From the sequence record PZ386947.1: DNA of 64,000 bases; one strand, written 5' to 3'. Under the pieces are notes generated by a model. That model did no database searches. It was not told the origin of the DNA and worked only from the letters and a program-made list of their open reading frames with translations. Numbering within the stretch: the first letter of the stretch is position 1; each line of letters begins with the position of its first letter. Both the position numbers and the translations under genes were made by a program. The DNA is from a phage. Of this stretch, positions 19,553 through 28,538 are shown in pieces.

Positions 19553-20155
19553 TTATAGATTAAATCCTTCAAAATCAAGAGTATAGATAGTGTATGTTGA
19601 ATACTTTTTATACTCATATCTATCTGCAATTCTAAATACACTTCCAGCTGGTATCATTACTTCTTGTTCATCTGAAACTAATTCCATATTACGATAACGA
19701 TGACTATCCGGAAACTTAAAGTTTGGATTGTATTCTTTACAGCGTAGAGCTTTTATAGCATACTCCTGGAAATTGAATACCATAGGAGCTTTGAATTCAA
19801 AAATAACTTGTGTGTTATACTCTAAACCGGAAGCAAAATGTAGAGCTATATTTTTATCATATGAAGCTGATACGACTTTATCAAATGTAATAATATCAAT
19901 TCCTTGATTTAACACCTGCTTAGTCTCAGCTGGAACACCTCTCCAAAGAGGTTTATCGTTTGGAACCAAACGAGATTTGATTATTTCATTTAACCAAGAA
20001 TGATCGTCTGGTTTATTAGTAATACAATGAATTAAAAGTTCAATTTCAGATAAATTAAACCCTTCAGAAAGTAATTCTTCACGAATAGAAGCACGCACCG
20101 ATGCATCCATTGATTTTATTTTAAAATCTTTTAGTTGCATTACTGAGTATTTCAT
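19553..20155 (-). CDS. modA: ModA, ADP-ribosyltransferase
   Basis: 200 aa as T4 ModA; R / S-x-S / E-x-E ART motifs (LWRG, SAS, EQEVMIP). Confidence 0.7.
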   Translation of the reverse strand: MKYSVMQLKDFKIKSMDASVRASIREELLSEGFNLSEIELLIHCITNKPDDHSWLNEIIKSRLVPNDKPLWRGVPAETKQVLNQGIDIITFDKVVSASYDKNIALHFASGLEYNTQVIFEFKAPMVFNFQEYAIKALRCKEYNPNFKFPDSHRYRNMELVSDEQEVMIPAGSVFRIADRYEYKKYSTYTIYTLDFEGFNL

Positions 20156-20775
20156 TCAACTACCTCAATATCATAAACTTTAAATGTTCCAAATGAATCG
20201 TGTAATTTTTCTTTTGAAATAGAAGTTATTCTATACTTTCCAATTGGAATCATCCATTCCTGTTCACGCACAATCATCATTAAGTTATCAGTACGCTCTG
20301 AATCTAATCCATCAGTATCTTCATACGTGTACTTAAACTCAGTATTAGGAGAAGAAAGTATAATATCGCTGATATGGTCAGAATAATTAAAAGCTTTATT
20401 AGTTTTTAAGCGAAGTATTATTTTAGTAAAATATTCAGCGTAAGAAAAAGAACATGCTGTGAGCAAACTAGTAGTAAATGAATCTACTCTATTCGTTGAA
20501 AACACTTCTCCAACTTGTAAATCTTTAATAAGTTCTTCTGTTGATTTTGATATACCACGATATAACTGATAAGGTGATTTAGTTAAATGCTTTTTAATGA
20601 TTTTATTCAACTGCCGATGAAGAGCTTCATTCTTTTTGGCTTCCATACATTGCCAAAGAACTGACTGCTCAAAGTCAGTAAATTTTTCACAGACCTTTTT
20701 ATACATATCATATTGAAAATCGACGCTTTCAGCTTTTATAGATAACTGTTCAACATCTGCAAGATTAATAATCAT
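20152..20775 (-). CDS. modB: ModB, ADP-ribosyltransferase
   Basis: 207 aa as T4 ModB; motifs YRG, FSTNRV, EQEWMIP; SD ACGGAGG. Confidence 0.7.
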   Translation of the reverse strand: MIINLADVEQLSIKAESVDFQYDMYKKVCEKFTDFEQSVLWQCMEAKKNEALHRQLNKIIKKHLTKSPYQLYRGISKSTEELIKDLQVGEVFSTNRVDSFTTSLLTACSFSYAEYFTKIILRLKTNKAFNYSDHISDIILSSPNTEFKYTYEDTDGLDSERTDNLMMIVREQEWMIPIGKYRITSISKEKLHDSFGTFKVYDIEVVE

Positions 20776-20801
20776 GATAGCCTCCGTATACTTCAGAAGC
20801 T

Positions 20802-20831
20802 ATCATATCATCGTTAGAAAGGAAAGTAAAC
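20802..20831 (-). promoter_or_regulatory. T4-type early promoter upstream of modB
   Basis: GTTTAC, 18 nt, TATGAT. Confidence 0.5.
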
Positions 20832-20842
20832 AACTTTTTGAA

Positions 20843-21025
20843 TTATTTTGCCCAGGGAGCCCAGGGCGGAGGGTCAAGATGGTATGAAGCTAGTTCTTCT
20901 AGAAGAGCATCTGGGGCTTCAATTCCATAATTCTGTAATACTATACGGTACTCTTTCTTATAATCACTGGAATCATTCTGGTTATTCGTAAAATGATTAT
21001 CTTCTAACATCTCAAATAAATCCAT
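20843..21025 (-). CDS. hypothetical protein (60 aa)
   Basis: ORF track; ATG 21023-21025; SD AGGAATTAAT. Confidence 0.45.
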   Translation of the reverse strand: MDLFEMLEDNHFTNNQNDSSDYKKEYRIVLQNYGIEAPDALLEELASYHLDPPPWAPWAK

Positions 21026-21033
21026 ATTAATTC

Positions 21034-21504
21034 CTAGCGATAAAAACCAAATTGACGATTAGCTTCAATAATCTTTCTTTCTTCTTCGGACATTCTCCAG
21101 CGTAGTCCAACATCAAAATGAGCCCAGACCATCTTAACAAATGCATTTATATCTTTAATATCTTCAATAATGAATGATTTACTTTTAGAAGGTTGACTCG
21201 CTAATTTAACTTTATCGTCTTCAAACAGGTCAAAAAGACCATATTCATGGGCTCTTTTATAGCCTTTAATAGTTAAAGCTTCAGAAGAAGAAAAAGGTGA
21301 ATCTGTATTCTGCAAAATATCTTCAGTATGCTTTATAATTAGAATAACATTTTCTGGATATTTTCTTTCTTTTATATCTTTAATTAAAAGATCCGGATTT
21401 TCTGCTAAAGGAATAATTAATGAGCACTTTTTATCAAGTGTATTTACTGATTTACCTTCTTTGGACATAAATTCTATTGAATAATGTTTTGCTACTTCAA
21501 TCAT
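21034..21504 (-). CDS. hypothetical protein (156 aa)
   Basis: ORF track; SD AAAAGGAAATCAC. Confidence 0.5.
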   Translation of the reverse strand: MIEVAKHYSIEFMSKEGKSVNTLDKKCSLIIPLAENPDLLIKDIKERKYPENVILIIKHTEDILQNTDSPFSSSEALTIKGYKRAHEYGLFDLFEDDKVKLASQPSKSKSFIIEDIKDINAFVKMVWAHFDVGLRWRMSEEERKIIEANRQFGFYR

Positions 21505-21649
21505 GTGATTTCCTTTTGCCTACTAATGGACCGTCAGGAATTTTATTTTCCTGAATGTATTTTTCATTTTCTTCCATCATTTTACTGCCAATTTTAAGAA
21601 GCAAATCCATTGCTTCATTTGCTTTAGCTTTAGCCTCTTCTAATATCAT
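21497..21649 (-). CDS. small hypothetical protein (50 aa)
   Basis: fills the 21505-21657 gap; ATG 21647-21649; weak SD; below track cutoff. Confidence 0.3.
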   Translation of the reverse strand: MILEEAKAKANEAMDLLLKIGSKMMEENEKYIQENKIPDGPLVGKRKSHD

Positions 21650-21657
21650 ATCTCTGT

Positions 21658-21861
21658 TCACGATTTATCCCCATAGATGTCTCTCATTAATTTAAGCGCT
21701 GAGCGTTCTAATTTCTTTTCTTTCTCAGCACTAATCATTGATTTCATCCATTCTTCCGATTCGTTCTGCATTTCTTTATTTGCTTGTTCAACCCAACCAT
21801 CATCAATATACATCGAGTTTGGTCTATTGAACCATTCAAGCATCTTCTTCAGAGCTTTCAT
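21658..21861 (-). CDS. hypothetical protein (67 aa)
   Basis: ORF track; ATG 21859-21861. Confidence 0.45.
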   Translation of the reverse strand: MKALKKMLEWFNRPNSMYIDDGWVEQANKEMQNESEEWMKSMISAEKEKKLERSALKLMRDIYGDKS

Positions 21862-22321
21862 TTGTTTTACCTAAAACAACAGTAGGAGCATCATCAAATT
21901 CATGAATTTTTAGCAAATTTGGATGTAAACTATTCCATACAGAAGAAATAAAGTATGATAACGCATCTTCACTTGCAATTATAAATTTATTTCCTTTATC
22001 TATTTTCCAACTATATAGTGAATCGTACGAATAAAAAGATAAAGGCTTATCATTATATTGTTCTGCGCTAACATTAATGTATTCGGATTTAGTAAATGCT
22101 TCAATTGCTCTAAATGGAATATTTGGTACAGTTTCAATAATACCAATCTTTTTAAGTTTTATTTCAGCATCTTCTGGAACTGGCATTGAAACGAAATTTT
22201 CTACGAGATACATTGGGTCACAATAACCCTTATCAATCATTACTGCTACGGTAATTGGAACGTCTTTAGCAAACGACATACTATTACTGCTAATATACAT
22301 TTCAAACAAAATCGCTTCCAT
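21836..22321 (-). CDS. hypothetical protein (161 aa), mrh position
   Basis: ATG 22319-22321 after SD TTGAGGAAAATT; track start is upstream TTG. Confidence 0.5.
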   Translation of the reverse strand: MEAILFEMYISSNSMSFAKDVPITVAVMIDKGYCDPMYLVENFVSMPVPEDAEIKLKKIGIIETVPNIPFRAIEAFTKSEYINVSAEQYNDKPLSFYSYDSLYSWKIDKGNKFIIASEDALSYFISSVWNSLHPNLLKIHEFDDAPTVVLGKTNESSEEDA

Positions 22322-22329
22322 AATTTTCC

Positions 22330-22668
22330 TCAATCACAAGATGTAGATGAACAACTAGAATCACAAGAACTTCCACATGAATCGCCCGTCCATACATGAA
22401 CAGGAACATTAGTGTCATATGAATCAGAACTAGACTGTGTATTCTGCGTATTAGATGATGTAGGTGTTGACCAACGCCAAGGATTTTTATAATATTCCTG
22501 GGCTTCTTCATAAGTCATAGTAACTGCTTCTACTGTTCCATCTCCCATATAAACATATTCAACTACAGTTAAAGGGAGGTAGTCATTTGAAATAGGAACT
22601 ACACCTTCTCCGGGAGTTGTAGAGAAAAAATCCGTAAAGAAACTTTTAAACCAATTAAAGATAAACAT
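22330..22668 (-). CDS. hypothetical protein (112 aa) with hydrophobic N-terminus and Ser/Cys-rich C-terminal tail
   Basis: ORF track; ATG 22666-22668; tail ...[17 protein letters not shown]. Confidence 0.5.
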   Translation of the reverse strand: MFIFNWFKSFFTDFFSTTPGEGVVPISNDYLPLTVVEYVYMGDGTVEAVTMTYEEAQEYYKNPWRWSTPTSSNTQNTQSSSDSYDTNVPVHVWTGDSCGSSCDSSCSSTSCD

Positions 22669-22874
22669 TACAAAAAGCCTCTTTTGAATTCGACCTGCTT
22701 CTCACCATAATCATATCGAATCTCTGCGTTAAATTCAACAGACCCATCTGCGTGCATCATAAATGAATGCACAACAACTTCTGTAGACCAGGGTTGCAAT
22801 TCATATTTCTTCATTACATGCCGTGAAATGATAATATCTAAATCTTCATTTGGTTTAATCCAACGATTTAACAT
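22668..22874 (-). CDS. hypothetical protein (68 aa)
   Basis: ORF track; SD AGAGGAGAGCACT. Confidence 0.45.
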   Translation of the reverse strand: MLNRWIKPNEDLDIIISRHVMKKYELQPWSTEVVVHSFMMHADGSVEFNAEIRYDYGEKQVEFKRGFL

Positions 22875-22900
22875 AGTGCTCTCCTCTATAAGATAATTCT

Positions 22901-22930
22901 ATTATACCATACTCATTTTGATATGTAAAC
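22901..22930 (-). promoter_or_regulatory. T4-type early promoter
   Basis: GTTTAC, 18 nt, TGG TATAAT. Confidence 0.5.
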
Positions 22931-22943
22931 CATTTAAATGAAA

Positions 22944-22965
22944 AAGGACTCCCGAAGGAGTCCTT
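22944..22965 (-). terminator. intrinsic terminator downstream of soc (9-bp stem, UUCG loop, U-tract)
   Basis: aaggactcc cgaa ggagtcctt. Confidence 0.55.
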
Positions 22966-22969
22966 GAAT

Positions 22970-23215
22970 TTATTCACCAGTTACTTTCCACAAATCTTCG
23001 TTTGCAGTAATCCATTCAGTACGTTGATTTTCTTCATATACTGTAGAATATGCTGCTTTTTCTGAAGGGAATGTCTGGTAATGTGCACCAGAAATTTTGT
23101 GAACGTCAGAATAAAGAGGGAAAGCTACGGAAATTTCCTTTCCTTCAATTTTCTTATTTCCATCTAATTTCTGCTCAAATGTTTTGATATTAACATAACC
23201 ACGAGTACTAGCCAT
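22970..23215 (-). CDS. soc: Soc, small outer capsid protein
   Basis: 81 aa; sequence recognised (MASTRGYVNIKTFEQKLDGNKKIEGKEISVAFPLYSDVHKISGAHYQTFPSEKAAYSTVYEENQRTEWI...); SD AAAAGGAGAATTAC. Confidence 0.85.
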   Translation of the reverse strand: MASTRGYVNIKTFEQKLDGNKKIEGKEISVAFPLYSDVHKISGAHYQTFPSEKAAYSTVYEENQRTEWITANEDLWKVTGE

Positions 23216-23245
23216 GTAATTCTCCTTTTATTTAAATTACATGAT

Positions 23246-23253
23246 TATTTATA
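23246..23253 (-). promoter_or_regulatory. T4 late promoter core TATAAATA upstream of soc
   Basis: plus-strand tatttata is TATAAATA on the minus strand, about 30 nt upstream of soc ATG. Confidence 0.5.
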
Positions 23254-23298
23254 ATAAATTCTCGCGGCTTTTAAGTCGTCGTTTATTTAAACGAGCTA

Positions 23299-23817
23299 TT
23301 AATAGCCTCGGTCTTGACGAGCGAAATTTTCAGCATTTTTCAGATAATAAAGTTTAAATATTTCTTCAGCTGACATTCCAAGAGCAATAAATTTATTCAT
23401 GAAAAAGTGAAATTGGTCAATCAGTTCAAATTTAATTTCAAGCTGATCTTCAGGAGATAAGTCTTGAATTTTCTTGGATTGCATTTCAGAATAACGTTTC
23501 TTCCAAGGTTTCCATACGGCAGAAGCTTCTTTTTCACCATTACTCATACCACCAAGAGAAGTATATAGTTCGCGAGTTTCATCTGCGATATAATCGTCTT
23601 GGTTTCGCAACCAAGCAAGAACTTCTCCTGCAGTTTCAAGTGAATCGGGATGACGATTTGTTTCTGGTTTATCATTAGCCAAACGAATCTGTAAATGCCG
23701 CTGCATATCAAGCATAACCTGCAGTGGGTCAATATTGTGCATAATATTCTCAGCATATGCACGATTTGCTTTATCAACACCTTCGATCAAATGAGCGCAT
23801 TCATTAAAGTGAGCCAT
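23299..23817 (-). CDS. 56: gp56, dCTPase/dUTPase (MazG-like)
   Basis: 172 aa from ATG 23815-23817; sequence recognised (MAHFNECAHLIEGVDKA...); track ORF is a GTG-initiated upstream extension. Confidence 0.85.
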   Translation of the reverse strand: MAHFNECAHLIEGVDKANRAYAENIMHNIDPLQVMLDMQRHLQIRLANDKPETNRHPDSLETAGEVLAWLRNQDDYIADETRELYTSLGGMSNGEKEASAVWKPWKKRYSEMQSKKIQDLSPEDQLEIKFELIDQFHFFMNKFIALGMSAEEIFKLYYLKNAENFARQDRGY

Positions 23818-23851
23818 TATTTTTCCTTTCAATTCATGAGTTAGTAGATTA

Positions 23852-23877
23852 ATTATACAATAAATATATAAAGCAAT
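23852..23877 (-). promoter_or_regulatory. MotA-dependent middle promoter upstream of gene 56
   Basis: MotA box ATTGCTTTA, 11-nt spacer, TATAAT. Confidence 0.5.
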
Positions 23878-23888
23878 AAGGAGGACAT

Positions 23889-24089
23889 ATGGTACAAAAA
23901 TTAATGGCACTTGTTAATGCCATCAAAGGTAATAAAAAGCGTATAGCTTTTACTATTTCTGCTATGGTAGGAATTTTACTCTGGAACTTTATTCTATCAC
24001 CTGTTGCAATTGCACATGGTATTAATATTCCAGTAGTTACTCTTGATACATTCGTAGATCTAGCATTTGCTTTAGTTGGGTTAATTTAA
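23889..24089 (+). CDS. hypothetical small membrane protein (66 aa), only plus-strand candidate gene in the window
   Basis: ORF track; SD AAGGAGG 4 nt before ATG; two hydrophobic segments; fills the 56-61 gap exactly; stop overlaps gp61 stop. Confidence 0.4.
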   Translation: MVQKLMALVNAIKGNKKRIAFTISAMVGILLWNFILSPVAIAHGINIPVVTLDTFVDLAFALVGLI

Positions 24090-25114
24090 ATCTTGGCATA
24101 TTTAGATAGCCGCATTTTAGCCATCAACCCCTGGGCAATATTATTTTTCATATATTCCATAATTTGTTCAGGGGTTGCACCTTCCTTTCTAATCATATCA
24201 TTAACATCTTTTGATTTCCAGGGAGATTTATCCCAAAACATAACCCTTTCTCCTGCATCAACTAATTTAGTCATTCGTTTGATAGTGTCAGGATGACGAG
24301 GTTCATTATCTAAAACCCACACACGTCTATCTTTAAATGGAACAACTTCTAGGTCTAATTGACCACCCGTAATAGCTATACCATTTTCAATAAAAAGTGA
24401 ATCTATAGGTCCTTCTAGAACATATACATCACCATTTTTAACTCGTTCGACTCCATAGATTTTTGTTGCCTCAGGATAAGCTTTGATAGTGATATATTTT
24501 TGAGGAGCATCTTTCTTTAATGCACGTCCTTGAAAAGACTCAGCTTTTCCATTAGCATTATAAATTGGAATAACAAGACGAGGCTCAGGTATTTCCTTTT
24601 TGTATGTTCCCGGTGCTATGCTATTAACTAATTTAGGCCATTCGGTTGTAAACCAAAGATATTTCCATTTATCCTTTGGAATACAACGAGCTTTTATATA
24701 TTTTATAATTGCATGGTCTTCCGCCAGTTTATCTAATCGAACACATGACGGAAGAGATTTAATTATTTTCTTCTCAGGTTGTTTAGGAAGTTCTTTAGGT
24801 TTTTCTACTGGACGACTTTTACCTTTTTCTTTTCTTATTTCAAAGATATACTCACGATATAAATCAGGTTCAAACTCCTTTAAATATATTCCGATTGGTG
24901 CATGATAGTTACAGTTATAACAATGAATATTTCCTTCATTATTATCACCATAATACCATCCACGAGCTTTATTCTGGTCGGTTTTTGAATCTCCACAAAC
25001 AGGACATCTAAACCGTAATTTAAAAGTTGAACTATTATTTACTTGTGTGAATTTAGGTAAATGAGCCAATGCACGATATGCAAACTCATTATCAATCCAA
25101 GGTATTGATGACAT
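24086..25114 (-). CDS. 61: gp61, DNA primase
   Basis: 342 aa as T4 gp61; N-terminal zinc ribbon CPVCGDS...CYNC; sequence recognised. Confidence 0.9.
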   Translation of the reverse strand: MSSIPWIDNEFAYRALAHLPKFTQVNNSSTFKLRFRCPVCGDSKTDQNKARGWYYGDNNEGNIHCYNCNYHAPIGIYLKEFEPDLYREYIFEIRKEKGKSRPVEKPKELPKQPEKKIIKSLPSCVRLDKLAEDHAIIKYIKARCIPKDKWKYLWFTTEWPKLVNSIAPGTYKKEIPEPRLVIPIYNANGKAESFQGRALKKDAPQKYITIKAYPEATKIYGVERVKNGDVYVLEGPIDSLFIENGIAITGGQLDLEVVPFKDRRVWVLDNEPRHPDTIKRMTKLVDAGERVMFWDKSPWKSKDVNDMIRKEGATPEQIMEYMKNNIAQGLMAKMRLSKYAKI

Positions 25115-25116
25115 TT

Positions 25117-25281
25117 TTACTCTTCTTTTTCTTTAGATTCCTCTTTTTTCTTTTTAGGAATCTGCTCAGGACCTTTATTTACTACAGCGCCTGATGTTGT
25201 TCCAGTAGAGATATTTTCAGGACTACCACCTGAATCTCCAGCGACCATATCTTCTTTGATAAATTCTTTATATGTTTTCAT
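25117..25281 (-). CDS. small acidic/lysine-rich protein (54 aa), 61.1 position
   Basis: ATG 25279-25281; stop 3 nt before gp61 ATG; below track cutoff. Confidence 0.45.
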   Translation of the reverse strand: MKTYKEFIKEDMVAGDSGGSPENISTGTTSGAVVNKGPEQIPKKKKEESKEKEE

Positions 25282-25282
25282 A

Positions 25283-25909
25283 TTAACCTCTATTCATAAA
25301 AGCATTAAAAATTTGGTCATCAATAGAAACATTTACTTTAGACTGTTTTTCTGATGGTAATTCATATCCACATATTACAATTTTGTGATCAATATCAAAA
25401 TACACAGAAGCAATATGATTAATGATGTTTTCAGTAAAGTCTAAATCAACATCAATATCTTTTTGACCACAGCCCAAAGGATAAATAATGCGAGTAATTC
25501 GATTATCTTTAACAAATATTCCACCGACATACTCTGTACTGCGTTTAAAGTCTACACGCCGACGAAATGAAAAATATTCAGGCTCTTTATGAGCTCGGCT
25601 CATAGGACACAACGAGTAACTAGAATAAGAGATGTCAAATCCTACGCCTTCGATATGAGCCAAAGTGTCATGATTAAACCAATTATAATCGTACGCCAAA
25701 TCCATTAGATTATAATATGTAAAAGGCACCGGATTAACATCATTAGTCACAAGCATGTAATTAGCAACTGCTATAATTTCATTGTTTTTAACGAATACAA
25801 ACCGTGATTGATGCGAATGACCTGGACCCGCGTTTTCACGATTAATGATATAACACTGGGCACCTTTATATTTGTATGTATCTTTGCATTTGTGCATTTG
25901 ATAGAGCAT
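25283..25909 (-). CDS. hypothetical protein (208 aa), 61.2 position
   Basis: ORF track; ATG 25907-25909. Confidence 0.55.
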   Translation of the reverse strand: MLYQMHKCKDTYKYKGAQCYIINRENAGPGHSHQSRFVFVKNNEIIAVANYMLVTNDVNPVPFTYYNLMDLAYDYNWFNHDTLAHIEGVGFDISYSSYSLCPMSRAHKEPEYFSFRRRVDFKRSTEYVGGIFVKDNRITRIIYPLGCGQKDIDVDLDFTENIINHIASVYFDIDHKIVICGYELPSEKQSKVNVSIDDQIFNAFMNRG

Positions 25910-26202
25910 TATTCACCTACCACTTCAGCGATGATATTTTTGTTATTAAAGTTTTTATCGCAATACAGAACATAATTATACTGCATTACACCACCAGACT
26001 TAAGTTGTTTTTGCACTTCAGCTTTCATTTCAGGACGATCGCGCTCAACGATATTCATAATATCCGCTTCAATTTGAGTTTCAACCTCAGTCTGATCCGC
26101 AGTCATAGACCATTCACACAAATCTTTATCATAACCTGCCATAGCAGGCTGAGCAGCACAAGAAGCTAAAGCAAAAATTGTGGCAAAGATAAATTTTTTC
26201 AT
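25909..26202 (-). CDS. sp: Sp (spackle)-like periplasmic protein
   Basis: 97 aa with cleavable signal peptide (…AQPAMA); size and position as T4 sp; SD ACTGAGGAGATTATC. Confidence 0.6.
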   Translation of the reverse strand: MKKFIFATIFALASCAAQPAMAGYDKDLCEWSMTADQTEVETQIEADIMNIVERDRPEMKAEVQKQLKSGGVMQYNYVLYCDKNFNNKNIIAEVVGE

Positions 26203-26230
26203 GATAATCTCCTCAGTAGTTTATGTTTAT

Positions 26231-26260
26231 ATAGTATCTCAATTTCCAACAAAAGTAAAC
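26231..26260 (-). promoter_or_regulatory. T4-type early promoter upstream of sp
   Basis: GTTTAC, 18 nt, TACTAT. Confidence 0.5.
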
Positions 26261-26262
26261 AG

Positions 26263-26520
26263 TTATTTTAAAATTTCTGCGTAATCACATGTTACAAACT
26301 GTTTCTCTAGCTTGACGATTTTACGAAAGTATCTTTTGCATTGGCGAATCTGCCGCTTCGTAGGGCGAACAGCAAACTTAATAAATTCCACTCGACCAAA
26401 TGGAGGACTTTCTTCTGCTGGAATATCTAACACCAATTCCCACGTATCTGCAATAAGTGCTTTGAATTGCGTATTTTTCCTGACGTTATACGGAGTAGGT
26501 TTAAATAAAACAATATGCAT
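26263..26520 (-). CDS. hypothetical protein (85 aa) immediately downstream of dmd (61.4 / tifA position)
   Basis: ATG 26518-26520 with SD GCCGAGGATAAT, one nt after dmd stop; track start is upstream TTG. Confidence 0.45.
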   Translation of the reverse strand: MHIVLFKPTPYNVRKNTQFKALIADTWELVLDIPAEESPPFGRVEFIKFAVRPTKRQIRQCKRYFRKIVKLEKQFVTCDYAEILK

Positions 26521-26521
26521 A

Positions 26522-26704
26522 TTATCCTCGGCAATCCACTTCACACACTTTCTTGTCATCAATGAAAGCTTTAACTAATGCTTTATTAACTTCAGCATAT
26601 TGAGTAGTAGCCCATTGAACGTCATCTTTCATCATTGTGGTTTCTTTAGTAAACATGCTTTCATTCTTAAACCACCCCATAAAAACTACCTTTACCAATT
26701 CCAT
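26522..26704 (-). CDS. dmd: Dmd, antitoxin against host RnlA/LsoA
   Basis: 60 aa; sequence recognised as T4 Dmd (MELVKVVFMGWFKNESMF...); SD AATGAGGAGATTGTT. Confidence 0.7.
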   Translation of the reverse strand: MELVKVVFMGWFKNESMFTKETTMMKDDVQWATTQYAEVNKALVKAFIDDKKVCEVDCRG

Positions 26705-26733
26705 AACAATCTCCTCATTTAACCAACAAGACT

Positions 26734-26763
26734 ACTATACCATAGTCTTGTCAGCTTGTAAAC
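26734..26763 (-). promoter_or_regulatory. T4-type early promoter upstream of dmd
   Basis: GTTTAC, 18 nt, TGG TATAGT. Confidence 0.5.
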
Positions 26764-28190
26764 TAAAATTTTAATTCATTTGCCAAAGCATCTAACTGAG
26801 CTCGAGTGGATTCATTTCTTTGATAGCGATTCTGCTCAGCCTGAATCTGTTGTGAACCTGCTACTTCACTCACTTCAGTTGGAGTAGAATCTTGTTCAAT
26901 TTCTACCCATTTTTGATTTCCTTTTTGAACACCCATCAAAAACTTATTCCACTTATTCTTATCACCATATCGTGATTTGATTTGCTTAATGAGTTGTTGT
27001 TCAGCAGCTGCTAGCTCTTCGGTTTCAATGACCGCAAGCATAAAATCAGCTGTTGCTGGAAGACCAGCAGATTCTGCAATATCGCTCATGTTAACATCAG
27101 AAGAATCCCAAGCCTGTTTACCAACCTGTGCTGCAGTCCAAAGAACAGTTTCGGTTTCAACAGCAAGAGCACGCAATTCCTCTGCAATAGCTTTAACAGT
27201 TGTGTAACTATTTTCTGAGTAAACTCTGATGCGGCAAGATTTACAAATACCTAGATAGTCGACAATAATGATTGTTGGAACAAAATTCTTTTTGAGCTTC
27301 AATTCATTCAAGAGAGACCTGAATGTGTTAGCATCTGCCCCACCAGTAGGGTACTGTTTAACAATTAAACGACCGAGAGTAGATTTCTCACGCCATTTTT
27401 CCATTTTTCCTTTATACTCAGCGTAAGAAATATGCCCATCATCAATGTCATCAAGAGAAACATCAAGCATATTAGCGTCAATACGTTTAGCACAGACTTC
27501 TTCTGCCATTTCCATGGAAATGTAAAGAACATTATGTCCGAGCTGTAAATAATCTGCCGCTAATGAACACAATCCTAATGATTTACCAACGTTAACGCCA
27601 GCCATTAAAACGTTCAGTGTTCCAGTTTCAGCTCCGCCTTTCGTAATTTTGTTTAGAATTCTGAGTTTAAATGGAACCTTACGAGCTTTATTCATATAAG
27701 ATAGCCAACGTGCTTCGTAGTCATCCATCCAATCATGACCAACGTAGCTATCAAATGAAATTGATAATGCTTGGCGCATGATGTCAGGAATAGCACCAAC
27801 ATCCGGCATTTTCTTATTTCGTTTTTCCGGAGGAAGTTCAGCATTAGTTTGAATTTCGATTATTTTAGACGTAGCATTAAACATCGCCCTTTGCTGAACA
27901 TATTTTTCTGTTTCTTTTATTAACCAACTGTGGTCTTCCGGAGAATCAGCTAGTTTTGAAATAAGTGTTTTTACACCAGAATATTCCGTTTCAGTAAATG
28001 AACTATTTTCTAATGCAACATTTAACGCATTAATAGATGGAACGCTATGATACTCATTAACATGGGATTTAATTAATTTGAATGTATTTTTAGCTGGACC
28101 ACTTTCAAAATATTCTGAATCCATATATGGCCAAACTTTTGAAAAATAAGCTTGATCAAATATGAGATGAGAAAGAATAATTTCTACCAC
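26763..28190 (-). CDS. 41: gp41, replicative DNA helicase (DnaB-like)
   Basis: 475 aa as T4 gp41; GTG start with SD TTAAGGAG; Walker A GVNVGKS. Confidence 0.9.
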   Translation of the reverse strand: MVEIILSHLIFDQAYFSKVWPYMDSEYFESGPAKNTFKLIKSHVNEYHSVPSINALNVALENSSFTETEYSGVKTLISKLADSPEDHSWLIKETEKYVQQRAMFNATSKIIEIQTNAELPPEKRNKKMPDVGAIPDIMRQALSISFDSYVGHDWMDDYEARWLSYMNKARKVPFKLRILNKITKGGAETGTLNVLMAGVNVGKSLGLCSLAADYLQLGHNVLYISMEMAEEVCAKRIDANMLDVSLDDIDDGHISYAEYKGKMEKWREKSTLGRLIVKQYPTGGADANTFRSLLNELKLKKNFVPTIIIVDYLGICKSCRIRVYSENSYTTVKAIAEELRALAVETETVLWTAAQVGKQAWDSSDVNMSDIAESAGLPATADFMLAVIETEELAAAEQQLIKQIKSRYGDKNKWNKFLMGVQKGNQKWVEIEQDSTPTEVSEVAGSQQIQAEQNRYQRNESTRAQLDALANELKF

Positions 28191-28199
28191 ACTTACTCC

Positions 28200-28538
28200 T
28201 TAAAAGAATTTAAATTTTTTCTTTGACCTTTTATTAAATGCATCTTGCAGTTGCATTGTAATACATTTTTCTACATGAGGAGCTAACTCAGCTTTTCTTT
28301 CTTGGTCAAGAACAGCAAAGTCCATTACAACCTTTCCATCAACCCAATCTAATTTTGTCACATACACAATGTGTGTAGAACCATCTTCTAGTTTAATGAC
28401 AATCTCCTGGATAACATTTTCCATAGCAGATTTAATTATCTTAAGAGACTCATTAAAAAGACGTTCTTTTCTTTCTTCTTCCCCCTCCGAAGAGGGAGAT
28501 TCATCGATAATTTCTAGATCTAAATCATCTTTACTCAT
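28200..28538 (-). CDS. 40: gp40, head vertex assembly chaperone
   Basis: 112 aa from ATG 28536-28538 overlapping the uvsX 3' end; track start is upstream GTG. Confidence 0.65.
   Translation of the reverse strand: MSKDDLDLEIIDESPSSEGEEERKERLFNESLKIIKSAMENVIQEIVIKLEDGSTHIVYVTKLDWVDGKVVMDFAVLDQERKAELAPHVEKCITMQLQDAFNKRSKKKFKFF

Noticed and set aside
23299-23910. Track ORF of 203 aa (MPLIFVPY...) extending gp56 31 codons upstream
   Set aside because: It starts at a GTG inside the promoter region with no SD. The conserved gp56 N-terminus (MAHFNECAH) begins at the internal ATG at 23815-23817, which has an SD and gives the T4-like length.
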